A stretch of DNA of 64,000 nt from the human T2T-CHM13v2.0 reference genome, Homo sapiens, in assembly GCF_009914755.1 (NCBI RefSeq), contig NC_060947.1; one strand, given 5' to 3'. The notes below the pieces were generated by a model, which did no database searches, had not been told where the DNA came from, and saw only the letters and a program-made list of their open reading frames with translations. Made by a program: the position numbers and the translations under genes. Position 1 is the first letter of the stretch, and every line of letters begins with the position of its first letter. Positions 1 through 12,930 of this stretch are shown one piece after another.

Positions 1-388
1 TTTGTGATGAATTGGTGTTAGTTTTTATTTGATAGTTTGGTAGAATTCACCTGTGAAGCAATCCATTCCTGGAGTTTTCTTTGTTGGGACACTTTTTTAA
101 ATTACTGCTTCAATCTCATTATTTGATATTGGTCTGTTCAGGTTTTCTGTTTCTTGTTGATTTGATGCTGGTAGGTTATAGTGTCCTGGAATATCCATTT
201 GCTCTAGGTTTTCTAGTTTTTTAGTGTTTGGTTGTTCATAATAGTGTCGGATGATTTGTATTTCTTTGTTATCAATTGTAATGTCTCTGCTTTCATTTCT
301 GATTTTGTTTTTTTTTTCTCTTTTTTTCTTGGTTAGTCTAACTAGCAGTTTATTGATTTTGTTTCTCTTTTTAGAAAACCAGCTTTTT

Positions 389-1612
389 TTATTATTATTA
401 TACTTTAAGTTTTAGGGTACATGTGCACAACGTGCCGGTTAGTTACATATGTACACATGTGCCATGTTGGTGTGCTGCACCCATTAACTCGTCATTTAAC
501 ATTAGGTATATCTCCTAATGCTATCCCTCCCCTCTCCCACACCCCACAACAGGCTCCAGTGTGTGATGTTCCCCTTCCTATGTCCATGTGTTCTCATTGT
601 TCAGTTCCCACCCATGAGTGAGAACATGCGGTGTTTGGTTTTTTGTCCTTGTGATAGTTTGCTGAGAATGATGGTTTCCAGCTTCATCCATGTCCCTACA
701 AAGGACATGAACTCATCATTTTTTATGGCTGCATAGTATTCCATAGTGTATATGTGCCACATGTTCTTAATCTGGTCTATCGTTGTTGGACATTTGGGTT
801 GGTTCCAAGTCTTTGCTATTGTGAATAGTGCCGCAATAAACATACGTGTGCATGTGTCTTTATAGCAGCATGTTATATAATCCTTTAGGTATATACCCAA
901 TAATGGGATGGCTGGGTCAAATGGTATTTCTAGTTCTAGATCCCTGAGGAATCGCCACACTGACTTCCACAATGGTTGAACTAGTTTACAGTCCCACCAA
1001 CAATGTAAAAGTGTTCCTATTTCTCCACATCCTCTCCAGCACCTGTTGTTTCCTGACTTTTTAATGATTGCCATTCTAACTTGTGTGAGATGGTATCTCA
1101 TTGTGGTTTTGATTTGCATTTCTCTGATGGCCAGTGATGATGAGCATTTTTTCATGTGTTTTTTGGCTGCATAAATGTCTTCTTTTGAGAAGTGTCTGTT
1201 CATGTCCTTTGCCCACTTTTTGATGAGGTTGTTTGTTTTTTTCTTGTAAATTTGTTTGAGTTCATTGTAGATTCTGGATATTAGCCCTTTGTCAGATGAG
1301 TAGATTGCAAAAATTTTCTCCCATTCTGTAGGTTGCCTGTTCACTCTGATGGTAGTTTCTTTTGCTGTGCAGAAGCTCTTTAGTTTAATTAGATCCCATT
1401 TGTCAATTTTGTCTTTTGTTGCCATTGCTTTTGGTGTTTTAGACATGAAGTCCTTGCCCATGCCTATGTCCTGAATGGTATTGCCTAAGTTTTCTTCTAG
1501 GGTTTTTATGGTTTTAGGTCTAACATTTAAGTCTTTAATCCATCTTGAATTAATTTTTGTATAAGTTGTATGGAAGGGATCCAGTTTCAGCTTTCTACAT
1601 ATGGCTAGCCAG
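389..1612 (-). mobile_element. 5'-truncated young L1PA (L1PA3-5 type), ~1.2 kb, with 17-bp TSD
   Basis: Canonical L1PA 3'UTR and A-tail at ~385-600. TSD tagaaaaccagcttttt at 372-388 and 1613-1629. Confidence 0.95.
601..1461 (-). pseudogene. ORF2: L1 ORF2p C-terminal fragment (cysteine-rich domain), 286 aa open
   Basis: [16 protein letters not shown]...[18 protein letters not shown]...SLMGGN matches the L1 ORF2p C-terminus; no promoter, EN or RT. Confidence 0.9.
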
Positions 1613-2596
1613 TAGAAAACCAGCTTTTTGTTTAATAGATCTCTTGTATTGTTGAATCGCTGTTACATTTAGTTCTGCTCTGATCTTCATTTTTTTTCAT
1701 CTATTAATTTTGTGTTTGGTTTATTTTCTGTTTTCTAGTTCCTTGAGATGCAGTGTTAGGTTGTTATTTTGTGAGCTTTCTATTTTTTGTTGTTGTTGTA
1801 GGCATTTAATGCTATCAACTTTCATTTAGTGTTGCTTTTGTTGTATCCCATAGGTTTTGGTATGTTGTGTTTCAGTTTTCATTTGTTTCAAGCAATGTTT
1901 TTATTTCATCCCTAATTTCTTGTTAACCCCATGGTCATTCAGGAACATGTGGTTTAATTTCCATGTATTTGCAGAGTTTCCTACATTCCTCTTGTTATTG
2001 ATATCTAGTTTTGTTCCATCGTGACCTGAAAAGATCAGTGATAGAATTTTGAGTTTTTAAAATTTGTTGATACTTGTTTTATGTGCCAACATATGGTTTA
2101 TCCTAGAGAATGTTCCATGTGCTGATTAGAAGAACGTGGATTCTGTAGCTGTTGAATGAAATTTTCCATAAATGTTTTTTAGATCCATTTGGTCTAATAT
2201 GTAGTTTAAGTATTATGTTTCTTTGTTACTTTTCTGTGTGGATAGATGATCTATCTAATGCTGAGAGTGAGGTGCTGAGGTCCCCAACTGTTATTGTATT
2301 GGAGTTTATTTCTTCCTTTATAACTAGTAATACTTGTTTTATGTATCTGGGTGCTCAAGCTTGTTAGGTGCATATATGTTTAGAATTTTTATATCCTTAG
2401 GCTAAACTGATCACTTTATCATTACATAGTGAACTTTCTGTCTCATTTTACTGTTTTTTCTTAAAGTTTGTTTTATCTGATGTATGTATGTATGTATAGT
2501 TTTTGTTTGCATGGAGTATCTTTATCCATACCTATTCTTTCAGTCCACATATGTCTTTACAGGTAAGATGAGTTTCTTTAGTCAGCATATAGTTGG

Positions 2597-3018
2597 TTCT
2601 ATAATTTGATTTCTTTGTTTCCTCCAAATCTCATGTTGAAATTTGATCCCCATTGTTAAAGATGGGGCCTAATGGGAGTTGTTTGGGTTATGGGGAGGGA
2701 TCCCCCCTGAATGGCTTGGTGACATCTTCATGGTAATGAGTGAGTTCTCATTCTGTTGGTTTTGCTGGTTATTGAAAAGATCCTGGTACCTCCCTTTCCA
2801 CTCTTTCTTGCTTCCTCTCTTATCATATGATTTGTGCACATGCTGGCTTATCTTCCCCTTCCACCACAAGTGGAAGCAACCAGAAGCCCTCACCAAGAGC
2901 AGATACTACAGCCAGCATTTTTGTAGAGCCTGCAGAACTTTGAGCCAAATAAACCTATTTTCTTTATAAATTACCTGGTTTCCAGTATTTTTTATAGCAA
3001 CACAAATTGACTGGGACA
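2597..3018 (+). mobile_element. MaLR solo LTR, MST family (MSTB-like)
   Basis: ctccaaatctcatgttgaaatttgatcccc start, aataaacc polyA signal near 2947, ends ...ggaca. Degenerate 5-bp TSD gttgg/gttga. Confidence 0.85.
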
Positions 3019-3153
3019 GTTGATTCATAATTTTTTATTCATTCAGCCAGTCTGTTTCTTTTAAATGGAAAGTTTTATTTGTTCTGTGTTACTATTGGTA
3101 GATGAGAGCTTATTCCCCTCATTTTATCATTGGATTTCTGGTTGTTTTATATA

Positions 3154-3248
3154 CCTTCCCTCCCTCTCTCCCTCCCTCCCTTCCTTGCTCCCTTCCTTCC
3201 TTCCTTCCCTCCTTCCTTCTTTCCTTCCTTTTTTATCCATCCATCCAT
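3154..3248. repeat. (CCTT)n/(TCCA)n polypyrimidine microsatellite
   Basis: Directly visible ccttccttcc... tract followed by tccatccatcc. Confidence 0.9.
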
Positions 3249-5687
3249 CTGTTGTGCTTTGCTGGTTTTCTATATTGTTAATATTTGAGTCTTTTCTTTC
3301 TTATTTGTATTTGCTTTACTGGTAGATGTTATACTTTCATGTGTTTTCATGAGGGCAGGTAGTGTGCTTTTGCTTCCAGGTGTAGGACTCCCTTAAGCAG
3401 TTTTTGTTGGATGGGTCTAGTAGTGATGAATTACCTCAGCTTTTGCTTATCTGGAAAAGACTTTTATTTCTTCTTCATGTTTGAAGGATGACTTTTCTGG
3501 GTATAGTATCCTTGGCTGGCATTATTTTTTTTTATTTCAGCAGTTTGAATATATCATTCCATTCTCTTCTGGCCTGTAAGGTTTCTGCTGAGAAATCTAG
3601 TTAGTCTGTAAGTTTCCTTTATAAGTGACAAGACACTTTTCTCTTGCTGTTTCTAGAATTCTCTCTTTGTCTTTGACTTCTGACAGTTTGGCTATAATGT
3701 GTTTTGGAGGGGACTTCTTTGAATGGTATCTATTTGGAGATCTCTGATCTTCCTGTATCAGGATGTCTAAATCTCTTGCTAGGAAACTTAGGATGTTTTC
3801 AGCTATTAATTAAGTAGGTTTCCTATCCCTTTCATTTTCTCTTCACCTTCTTAGACACCAAAAATTCAAACATTTAGTAACCTTATGCTGTCCCATGTCA
3901 TGTGGGCTTTGTTCATTTTTTTCTTACTCTTTTTTTCTTATTTTTGTCTGACTAGGTTATTTCAAAAGACCTGTCTTTATGTTCTGAAATTATTTCTTCT
4001 GCTTGAACTTTTCTGTTAAAGATTTTGACTACATTTTCTATTTTATGTAATAAATTCTTTATTTCTAGAACTTCTGTTTAAATCTTTTTTATGGTATCTA
4101 TCTCTTCAATAAATTTCTTATTCGGATACCCAATTGTTTTTCTGATTCTTTGTATTGTTTTACTCTACTCTGTGTATGTCACTGCGCTTTTTTTTATATC
4201 ACTGTTTTAAATTCTTTTTCCAAGTTTTTATAAATTTCTTTCTGATTGGAGCCTGTTCCTGGAGAATTATTGTGTTCTTTGGAGATGTCAAACTTCCTTG
4301 CTTTTTGATGTTTTTTTGTGTGTGTCCTTATGTTGGTATGTATGCATCTGATATAACAGTTGCTTCTTCCAAATTTTCAAATTTGCTTTTTAGGGGAGGA
4401 CTTTTTTAAGAAAATGTTTTTATGGTGTTGGTTGGGTAGAGCACTTTGGCTTTAATTCTTGATGTATAGTCTAGTCTTCATGGTATTTTCAGTTGTAAAA
4501 GCATCAGTGGTGTCTTTGATTCCTTTGGTGGCTTAGGGTGTGGTTGTTAGTGGAGCTTGTGGTGAAGTTTTGCTGGGGATGACAACACTATGTAAGCCTT
4601 TTTTTGCCCCAGTGGTGACAGCAGCGGGTCCCCAGACAGCATATGCTGGCACAAGTGTTAGCAGGTCCAGTCAAACCAATTCTTGGTCTCCAGTCAGGGT
4701 GCTTCAGTGCTGGTAGTTACAGTGGTGGGCCGGTTGGGTGGACAGGATCTTGGGGGGTAGTGGACGTGGCAAAGACAATGGCAGTAGGAGTGGCAGGACA
4801 ACCCTCTGGCTCCTAAAATGTCCACACTGGTGTTGGCAGTGCCTGCACTGGGCTGAGCAGACAAGTCCCCAGGCCTTCAAATGGTGCTTGTGATTGGATG
4901 TCAGCTGTGGTACTAGTGGTTGAGTAGGCCTGACCATAGCCTCCTAGGAGGAGTTCTCAGGTGTCAATGATGGTATTGTGGGGTTGGCGGTCTCTAGGCT
5001 GCTGGAAAATGTGCTTGGGCACTTGGGGGGTGGGGTTGGTGGAGCTGGTCCAGATGGATGTGTCCTCAGGCCCTCTGGTAGTGTGTGCAAGTGCTTGGTT
5101 TGGTACACAGCGGCAGGGTCATCTCCAGGCTCCTGGTGGAATGTTTGGCTGGGGGCAACAGTGATTGTACCACAGCCTTGTTCCTGGGTCAGGTGGGGTT
5201 GCTTTTAGTGTCAGTGGCTATATGCAGGTGGCTAGGGGGCATGTGTTTTGCTTGTGCTTTGGCCCTGGTGGTGGCAGCTCACAGTAGAGGCAGCTACGTG
5301 GTGGGTTTGCTGCTGAGGGCAGTGGGGTTGTTACCAATGATTCAGGGGTCAGCCCTGGTTGGGACAGACAGTCACAGAGGTATTGCAGGTAGGGAAGATC
5401 AATGGAGCTCTAGGAATTTGGAGATTCCAGGGTTATTGGCCCCCCTCCCCCCAGGCAGGAGGCAGTATAGTAGGGGCTGGGCTCTCAGTGTGCACCTTAC
5501 TGTAGCTGCTTAGGACTTGTGGGGGCATGGGACCCAATGTGACTACCCTCTATGGAGCAGTGCCTTCACATGATCTCCAGGCAGGCCTTTGTTAGCCTTA
5601 GGACCCATAAGCATCTAGGGGCTCTCCTGTGGCTGGAATTGCAGTAGTCTGCAGTGGGAATGTACAACACTGGAGGTATCTTAATTA

Positions 5688-6845
5688 CCCTGTGGCTTTG
5701 CATGGTACAGCCTCCCTCCCAGTTGCTTTCACAGGCTGGCGTTGAATGTCTGCAGCTTTTTCAGGTGTATGGTGAGAGCTGTCGGTGGATCTACCACTCA
5801 GGTGTCTGGAGGACAATGGCCCTCTTCTCACAGCTCCACTAGGCAGTGCCCCAGTGAGGGGCTTCAACCCCACATTTTCCTTACATTGCCCTAGCAGATG
5901 TTCTCTATGAGAGCCCCACCCCTGCAGCAAACTTCTGCCTGAACATCCAGGCATTTCCATACATCCTCTGAAACCTAGGTGGAGGTTCCCAAACCTCAGT
6001 TCTTGACTCTTGTGCACGCACAGGATCAACACCACATGGAAGCTGCCAAGGCTTGGGGCTTGCTTCCTCTGAAACCATGGCCCAAGCTGTACCTTGGCCC
6101 ATTTTAGCCATGGCTAGAGTGGCTAGGATGGAGAGCACCAAGTCCCTAGGCTGCACACAGCAGGGGTCCCCTAGGCCTGGCCCACAAAACCATTTTTTCT
6201 TTCTATGCCTCTGGGCCTGTGATGGTAGGGGCTTCCACAAAGGTCTCTGACATGCCCTGGAGACATTTTCCTCATTGTCTTGGCAATTCACATTTGGCTC
6301 CTTTTTACTTATGCAAATTTCTGCAGCCAGTTTGAATTTCTTCTGAGAAAATGTGTTTTACTTTTCTATCACATCATCAGGCTGCAAATTTTCTGAACTT
6401 TTATGCTGTTTCCCTTTTAAAAGTAAATAATTTTAATAGCACCCAAGTCACCTCTTGAATGCTTTGCTGCTTAGAAATTTTTTTTCTGCCTGATACCCTA
6501 AATCATCTCCCTCAAGTTGAAAGTTTCACAAATCTCTAGGATAGGGGCAAAATGCCGCCAGTCTCTTTGCTAAAACATAGCAAGAGTCACCTTTACTCCA
6601 GTTCCCAACAAGTTCCTCATCTTCATTTGAGACCACCTCAGCCTGGATTTCATTGTCCATATTATTATTAGCATTTTGGTCAAAGCCATTCAACAAGTTA
6701 CAAAGTTCCAAACTTTCCCACATTTTTCTGTCTTCTTCTGAGCCTTCCAAACTGTTCCAGCCTCTGCCTGTTACCCAGTTCCAAAGTCATTCTACATTTT
6801 CAGGTATCTTTACAGCAGGACCCCACTCTACCAGTACCAATTTAC
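5688..6845 (-). mobile_element. THE1 (MaLR) internal region, 3'-truncated
   Basis: Typical MaLR-int ORF remnants (MEGSEEDRKMWESLEL..., EPPPRFQRMYGNAW); directly abuts a THE1 LTR; no second LTR on the left. Confidence 0.9.
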
Positions 6846-7203
6846 TGTATTAGTCTGTTCCCATGTTGCGAATAAAGACATACCTGAGACTGGATAATGT
6901 ATAAGGAAAAAGAGGTTTAATGGACTCACAGTTCTACATGGCTAGGAAGGCCTCACAATCATGGCAGAAGGCAAAAGGCACTTACATGGTGGTGGCAAGA
7001 GAGAATGAGAACCAAGCAAAATGGATTTCCCCTTATAAAACCATCAGTTCTCATGAGACTTATTCACTACCATGAGAACAGTATGGGGGAAACTGCCCCC
7101 ATGATTCAATTATCTCTCACCACATACCTCCCACAACACATGGGAATTAGGGGATCTACAATTCAAAATGAGATTTGGGTGGGGACACAGCCAAACCATA
7201 TCA
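6846..7203 (-). mobile_element. THE1 LTR (THE1B/C-like), 5' LTR of the element
   Basis: tgtattagtc...gagatttgggtggggacacagccaaaccatatca is the reverse complement of the THE1 LTR start TGATATGGTTTGGCTGTGTCCCCACCCAAATCTC. Confidence 0.92.
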
Positions 7204-8710
7204 GAGTGTTAAAGAAATTTGTTGTGTCATACTACCAGAATTGTTTTTCTGGTTCTTTCTCATTTGGGTAGACTATGTCAGAGGGAAGATCTGCGTCTTA
7301 AGGGCTGCTGTTCAGATTCTTTTGTCCCATGGGGTGCTTCATTGCTGTGGTATTCTCCCCCTTTTCCTAGGTATGTGGCTTCCTTAGAGCTGAACTGCAG
7401 TGATTATTTCTTTTTTGGATTTAGCCACCCAGCGGAGCTACCAGGCTCCTGGCTGGTACTGGGAGGTGTCTGCACATAGTTCTGTGACGTGAACTGTCTT
7501 CAGGTCTCTCCGCCATGGATAGCCATACCTACTATGATGGAGGTGGCAGTGGAGTGAAATGGACTCTGCAAGGGTCCTTAGTTGTAGTTTTATTGCACTA
7601 GTTTTGTGCTGTTTGGCTTGCCAGGAGGTGGCACTTTCAATAGAGCATCAGCTGTAGTAGTATAGGGATGATCAGGCAATGCACAGGGTCCTAGAACTCC
7701 CAAGATAATATGTCCTTTGTCTTTTGCTACCAGAGTGGGTAGAGAAAGACTATCACATGAGGGTACGGTTGAGTGTGTCTGAGCTCAGACTCTCCTTGGG
7801 TGGGGTCTGCTGTGGCTGCCGTAGGGGCTGGGGGTGTGGTTCTCAGGCCAGTGGAGTTATGTTCCCAGGGGATTATGGTTGCCTCTGCTGTGTCATGCAG
7901 GTTGTCAGGGAACTGGGGGAAAGAGAGCCATTACAGGCTTCATCCAGCTCCCATGCAGCCCAAAAGGCTGGTCTCACTTCCACCATGCCCCACCCCCAAC
8001 AGCACCAAGTTGGTTTTCAGGCAGCAGGTAAGCAGGGCTGATAACCTGCCCCAGGCTACCAGCCTCCTGGCTGCGAAAGCAAGCAGGGCTTTCAGGTTTT
8101 ATTCCTCCCCGCCTGCTGTGGCTTCTGTGCTATATCTGCACTCTGGATTCACCTCCTCCCCTGATTTCTGTCCAAGAAAATTCACACTAGGTCGATTTTC
8201 TTTTTTACAAAGTTCAGCTAGAAGTTTTCTTCTTCCTCTGGTCTTTTCCCAGTTCCTCTGGCAGCCCTCCTTAAGGACCTCTGCAAGACAAAGTCAGAAA
8301 TGGCTTCTTTGGGGGCCAAGAGAGCCCACAGGGCACTTCCTGCTGCTTCTTCTACCCCTGCATTTTGCTCGGCTCTCTAAAACCGTCTCAGTTCCAGGTA
8401 GGGTCAAATCTTTCTCCCATGATCTGGACCTTAGGTTCCCCAGTGAGGGTGTGTGTTCAGGGGTAAGATGATCCACCTTTCACACTTTTACACTTTGGGG
8501 ACGCACAGGTTTTGGGCTGTCTCCCGGGGTATGCAGGAGCAATCTACTTCCTTCAAAGGGTCTATGGATTCTCTTAGCTTTCTTTGTATATTCATGCAGT
8601 AGTCCTTGGAGCAAGAGTTCACAATGTGAATCTCTACACACTGCTCTGTCCTTCTGAGTGGGAGCCGCAATTTAGTCCTGCCTCCTATCTGCCGTTTTTC
8701 TTTCCTCTCC
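7204..8710 (-). mobile_element. L1 5'UTR fragment (L1PB-like)
   Basis: L1PB-type 5' region (ccagaattgtttttctggtt...catttgggtagactatgtcagaggg); ends at a degenerate L1 5' terminus ctatctgccgtttt at ~8685-8700. Confidence 0.7.
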
Positions 8711-9068
8711 CCAGCCACTCTATTTCTTTTCACTGGAGAGTTTAATCCACTTATATTCAGTGTTATTGATCAGTAATGATTTACTCCTTTCATTTTCTTG
8801 TTTACTGGTGTTTTATTGTCTTCTCTTCCCTCCTTCTTTCCTTCCTGTCTTCCTTTTGGTGAAAGTGATTTTCCCTACTGCTGTTCTTTAATGTCTAGCT
8901 TCTTTTTGTTATATGTTGTATGTTTAATTTTTGATTTGAGGTTACCATAAGGCTTGCAAATAACATAATATATTATTTTAAACTGATGACAAGTTAACAA
9001 TTATATAAAAACAAGCAAGCAAAGAGAAAACTAATAAAAACTCTACATTTTAACTTTATCCTTCCCAC
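8711..9068 (-). mobile_element. Old L1M fragment (ORF2 start / inter-ORF region)
   Basis: cagccactctatt...ggagagtttaatcca motif, also seen in the other L1M copies at ~3045 and ~21765. Confidence 0.65.
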
Positions 9069-12000
9069 TTTTTTTCTTTAAAATTATTATACTTAAGTTC
9101 TGGGATATATGTGCAGATCGTGCAGGTTTGTTACATAGGTATACATGTGCCATGGTGGTTTGCTACACCCATCGACCTGTAATCTACATTAGATATTTCT
9201 CCTAATGCTATCCCTCCCCTTTTCCCCCACCCCCCAAAAGGCCCTGGTGTGTGATGTTCCCCTCCCTGTGTCCATGTGTTCTCATTGTTCAGGTCCCACT
9301 AATGAGTGAGAACATGCGGTGTTTGGCTTTCTGTTCCTGTGTTAGTTTGCTGAGAATGATGGTTTCCAGTTTCATCCATGTCCCTACAAAGGATGAGCTC
9401 ATCCGTTTTTATGGCTGCATAGTATTCCATGGTGTGTATGTGTCACATTTTCCTTATCCAGTCTATCACTGATGGGCATTTGGGTGGGTTCCAAGTCTTT
9501 GCTATTGTGAACAGTGCTGCAATAAACATACACGTGCATGTGTCTTTAGAGTAGAATGATTTATAATTCTTTGGGTGTATACCCAGTAATGGGATTGCTG
9601 GGTCAAATGGTTTTTCTGGCTCTAGATGCTTGAGGAATCACCACACTGTCTTCCACAATGGTTGAACTAATTTACACTCCCACCAACAGTGTAAAAGCGT
9701 TCCTATTTCTCCACATCCTCTTCAGCATCTGTTGTTTCCTGACTTTTTAATGATCACCATTCTAACTAGCATGAGATGGTATCTCATTGTGGTTTTGACT
9801 TGCATTTCTCTAATGACCAGTGATGATGAGCTTTTTTACATGTTTTTTGGCTGCATGAATGCCTTCTTTTAAGAAGTGTCTATTCATATCCTTTGCCCAC
9901 TTTTTGGTGGGGTTGTTTTTATCTTGTAAATTTGTTTAAGTTCCTTGTAGATGCTGGATATTAGCTCTTTCTCAGATGGATAGATGCTAAATTTTTCTCC
10001 CATTCTGTAAGTTGCCTGTTCACTCTGATGATAGTTTCTTTTGCTGTGCAGAAGTTCTTTAGTTTAATTATACCCCATTTGTCAATTTTGGCTTTTGTTG
10101 AAATTGGTTTTGGTGTTTTAGTCATGAAGTCTTTGCCCATGCCTATGTCCTGAATGGTATTGCCTAGGTTTTCTTCTAGAGTTTTTATGGTTTTGGGTTT
10201 TACTTTTAAGCCTTTAATCCATCTTGAGTTAATTTTTGCATAAGGTGTATGTAAGGGGTCCAGTTTCAGTTTTCTGCATATGACTAGCAAGTTTTCACAA
10301 CACCATTTATTAAATAGGGAATCCTTTCCCCATTGCTTATTTTTTCAGGTTTGTCAAAGATCAGATGGTTGTAGATGTGTGGCATTATTTCTGAGGCCTC
10401 TGTTCTGTTCCATTGGACTATATATCTGTTTTTGTACCAGTACCATGCTGTTTTGGTTACTGTAGCCTTGCAGTATAGTTTGAAGTCAGGTAGAGTGATG
10501 CCTCCAGCTTTGTTCTTTTTGCTTAGGATTGTCTTGGCTATACAGGCTCTTTTTTGGTTCCATATGAAATTTAAAGTAGTTTTCTCTGATTTTATGAGGA
10601 AAGTCAATGGTAGATTGATAGGGATATCATTCAATCTGTGAATTACTTTGGGCAGTATAGCCATTTTCACAATATTGATTCTTCCTATCCATGAGCAGGG
10701 AATGTTTTTCCATTTTTTGGTGTCCTCTCTTTTCCTTGAGCAGTGCTTTATAGTTCTCCTTGAAGAGGTCCTTCACATCCTTTGTAAGTTGTATTTGTAG
10801 GTATTTTATTTTCTTTGTAGCATTTGTGAATGGGAGTTCGCTCATGATTTGGCTCTCTGTTTGTCTATTATTGGTTTATAGGAATGCTTGTGATTTTTGC
10901 ACATTGATTTGTATGCTGAGACTTTCCTGAAGTTGCTTATCAGCTGAAGGAGATTTGGGGCTGAGACAATGGGGTTTCTAAATATACAATCATGTCATCT
11001 GCAAACAGAGGCAATTTGACTTCCTCTCTTCCTATTTGAATACCCTTTATTTCTTTGTCTTGCCTGATTGCCCTGGCCAGAACTTCAAATATTATGGTGA
11101 ATAGGAGTTGTGAGAGAGGGCATCCTTGTCTTGTGCTGGTTTTCAAAGGGAATGCTTCCAGCTTTTGCCCATTCAGTATGATATTGACTGTGGGTTTGTT
11201 ATGAATAGCTCTTGTTATTTTGAGATACATTCCATAAATATCTAGTTTATTGAGAGTTTTTAGCATGAAGGGCTGTTGAATTTTGTCAAAGGCTTTTTCT
11301 GCATCTATTGAAATAATCATGTAGTTTTTGTCATTGGTTCTGTTGATGTGATGGATTACATTTTTTGATTTGCATATGCTGAACCAGCCTTGCACCCCAG
11401 GGATGAAACAGACTTGATCATGGTGGATAAGCTTTTTGATTTGCTGCTGGATTTGGTTTGCCAGTATTTTATTGAGGATTTTCACATTGATGTTCATCAG
11501 GGATATTGGCCTGAAATTTTCTTTTTTTGTTGTATCTCTGCCAGGTTTTGGTATCAGGATGATGCTGGCCTTATAGAATGAGTTAGGGAGGAGTCCCTCT
11601 TTTTCTATTGTTTGGAATAGTTTCAGAAGGCATGGTACCAGCTCCTGTTTGTACCTCTTGTAGAATTCGGCTGTGAATCTGTCTGGCCCTGGGCTTTTTT
11701 GTTTGTAGGCTATTAATTACTGCCTCAATTTCAGAACCTGTTATTGGTCTATTCAGGGATTCGACTCCTTCCTGGTTTAGACTTGGGAGGGTTTATGTGT
11801 TGAGGAGTTTATCCATTTCTTTGATATTTTCTAGTTTATTTGCGTGGAGGTGTTTATACTATTCTGTGATGGTAGTTTGTGTTTCTGTAGGATCAGTGGT
11901 GATATCCACTTTATTTTTTATTGTGTGTATTTTATTTTTCACTCTTCTTTATTGTTCTGGCTAGCAGTCTAACTATTTTGTTAATCTTTTGAAAAAAACA

Positions 12001-12930
12001 GCTCCTGGATTCATTGACTTTTTGAAGGGTTTTTTGTGTTTCTGTCTCCTCCAGTTCTTCTCTGTTCTTAGTTATTTCTTGTCTTCTGCCAACTTTTTAA
12101 TTTGTTTGCTGTTGCTTTTCTAGTCATTTTGATTATGATGTTAGACTGTCAATTTTACATCTTTCCCGCTTTCTTCTGTGGGCATTTAGTGCTATAAATT
12201 TCCCTCCAAACACTGCTTTAGCTGTGTCCCAGAGATTCTGGTATGTTGTGTCTTTGTTGTCATTGGTTTCAAAGAACTTACTTATTTCTACATTAATTTC
12301 GTTATTTACCCAGTAGTCATTCAGGAGCAGGTTGTTCAGTTTCCAAGTAGTTACGTGGTTTTGAGTGAGTTTCTTCATCCTGAGTTTTAATTTGATTGCA
12401 CTGTGGTCTGAGAGACTGTTATGATTTCTGTTCTTTTGCATTTGCTGAGTAGTGTTTTACTTCCAATTATGTGGTCAATTTTAGCATAAGTGTGATGTGG
12501 TGCTGAGAAGAACGTATATTCTCTTGATTTGGGGTGGAGAGTTCTTTAAATGTCTATTAGTTCTGCTTGGTCTAGAGCTGTGTTCAAGTTCTGAATATCC
12601 TTGTTAATTTTCTGTCTCATTGATCTGTCTAATATTGACAGTGGGGTGTTAAAGTCTCCCATTATTATTGTGTGGGAGTCTAAGTCTCTTTCTAGGTCTC
12701 TAAGAACCTGCTTTATGAATCTCGTTGCTCCTGTATTGGGTGCATATATATTTAGGATAGTTAGCTCTTCTTGTTGCATTGATCCCTTTACCTATTGTAA
12801 TGCCCTTCTTTGTCTTTTTTGATCTTTGTTGGTTTAAAGTCTGTTTTATCAGGGACTAGGATTTCAATACCTGTTTTTTTTTTCTTTGCATTTGCTTGGT
12901 AAACATTCCTCCATCCTTTATTTTTAGCCT
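9069..12930 (-). mobile_element. ORF2: L1PA (L1PA6-8 type), 3'UTR plus most of ORF2, cut within the endonuclease domain
   Basis: 3'UTR at 9075-9300. Frameshifted ORF2 pieces: [10 protein letters not shown] (10940-11497), ILNIYAPN and GDFNTPL (12546-12779), SDH (12133-12441). Confidence 0.92.

Larger units (their letters stand above)
1..5687 (-). mobile_element. Old, degraded LINE-1 (L1M/L1PB-age), ORF2 through ORF1 to a GC-richer 5'UTR; interrupted by an L1PA and an MST LTR
   Basis: T-rich antisense L1 motifs (tagaattcacctgtgaagc, gtaaggtttctgctgagaaatct at ~3575), EN-region remnants at 2100-2500, G-rich 5'UTR-like sequence at 4400-5687. Boundaries approximate. Confidence 0.75.

Noticed and set aside
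389-1612. Segmental duplication between the window start and 61088-62320
   Set aside because: Similarity is confined to L1 sequence, the flanks differ, and the first copy has its own TSD.
7773-8471. 232-aa plus-strand ORF (likewise the 203-aa ORF at 36678-37289)
   Set aside because: Antisense frames of old L1 5'UTRs with no recognisable homology; long frames are expected by chance in GC-rich sequence.
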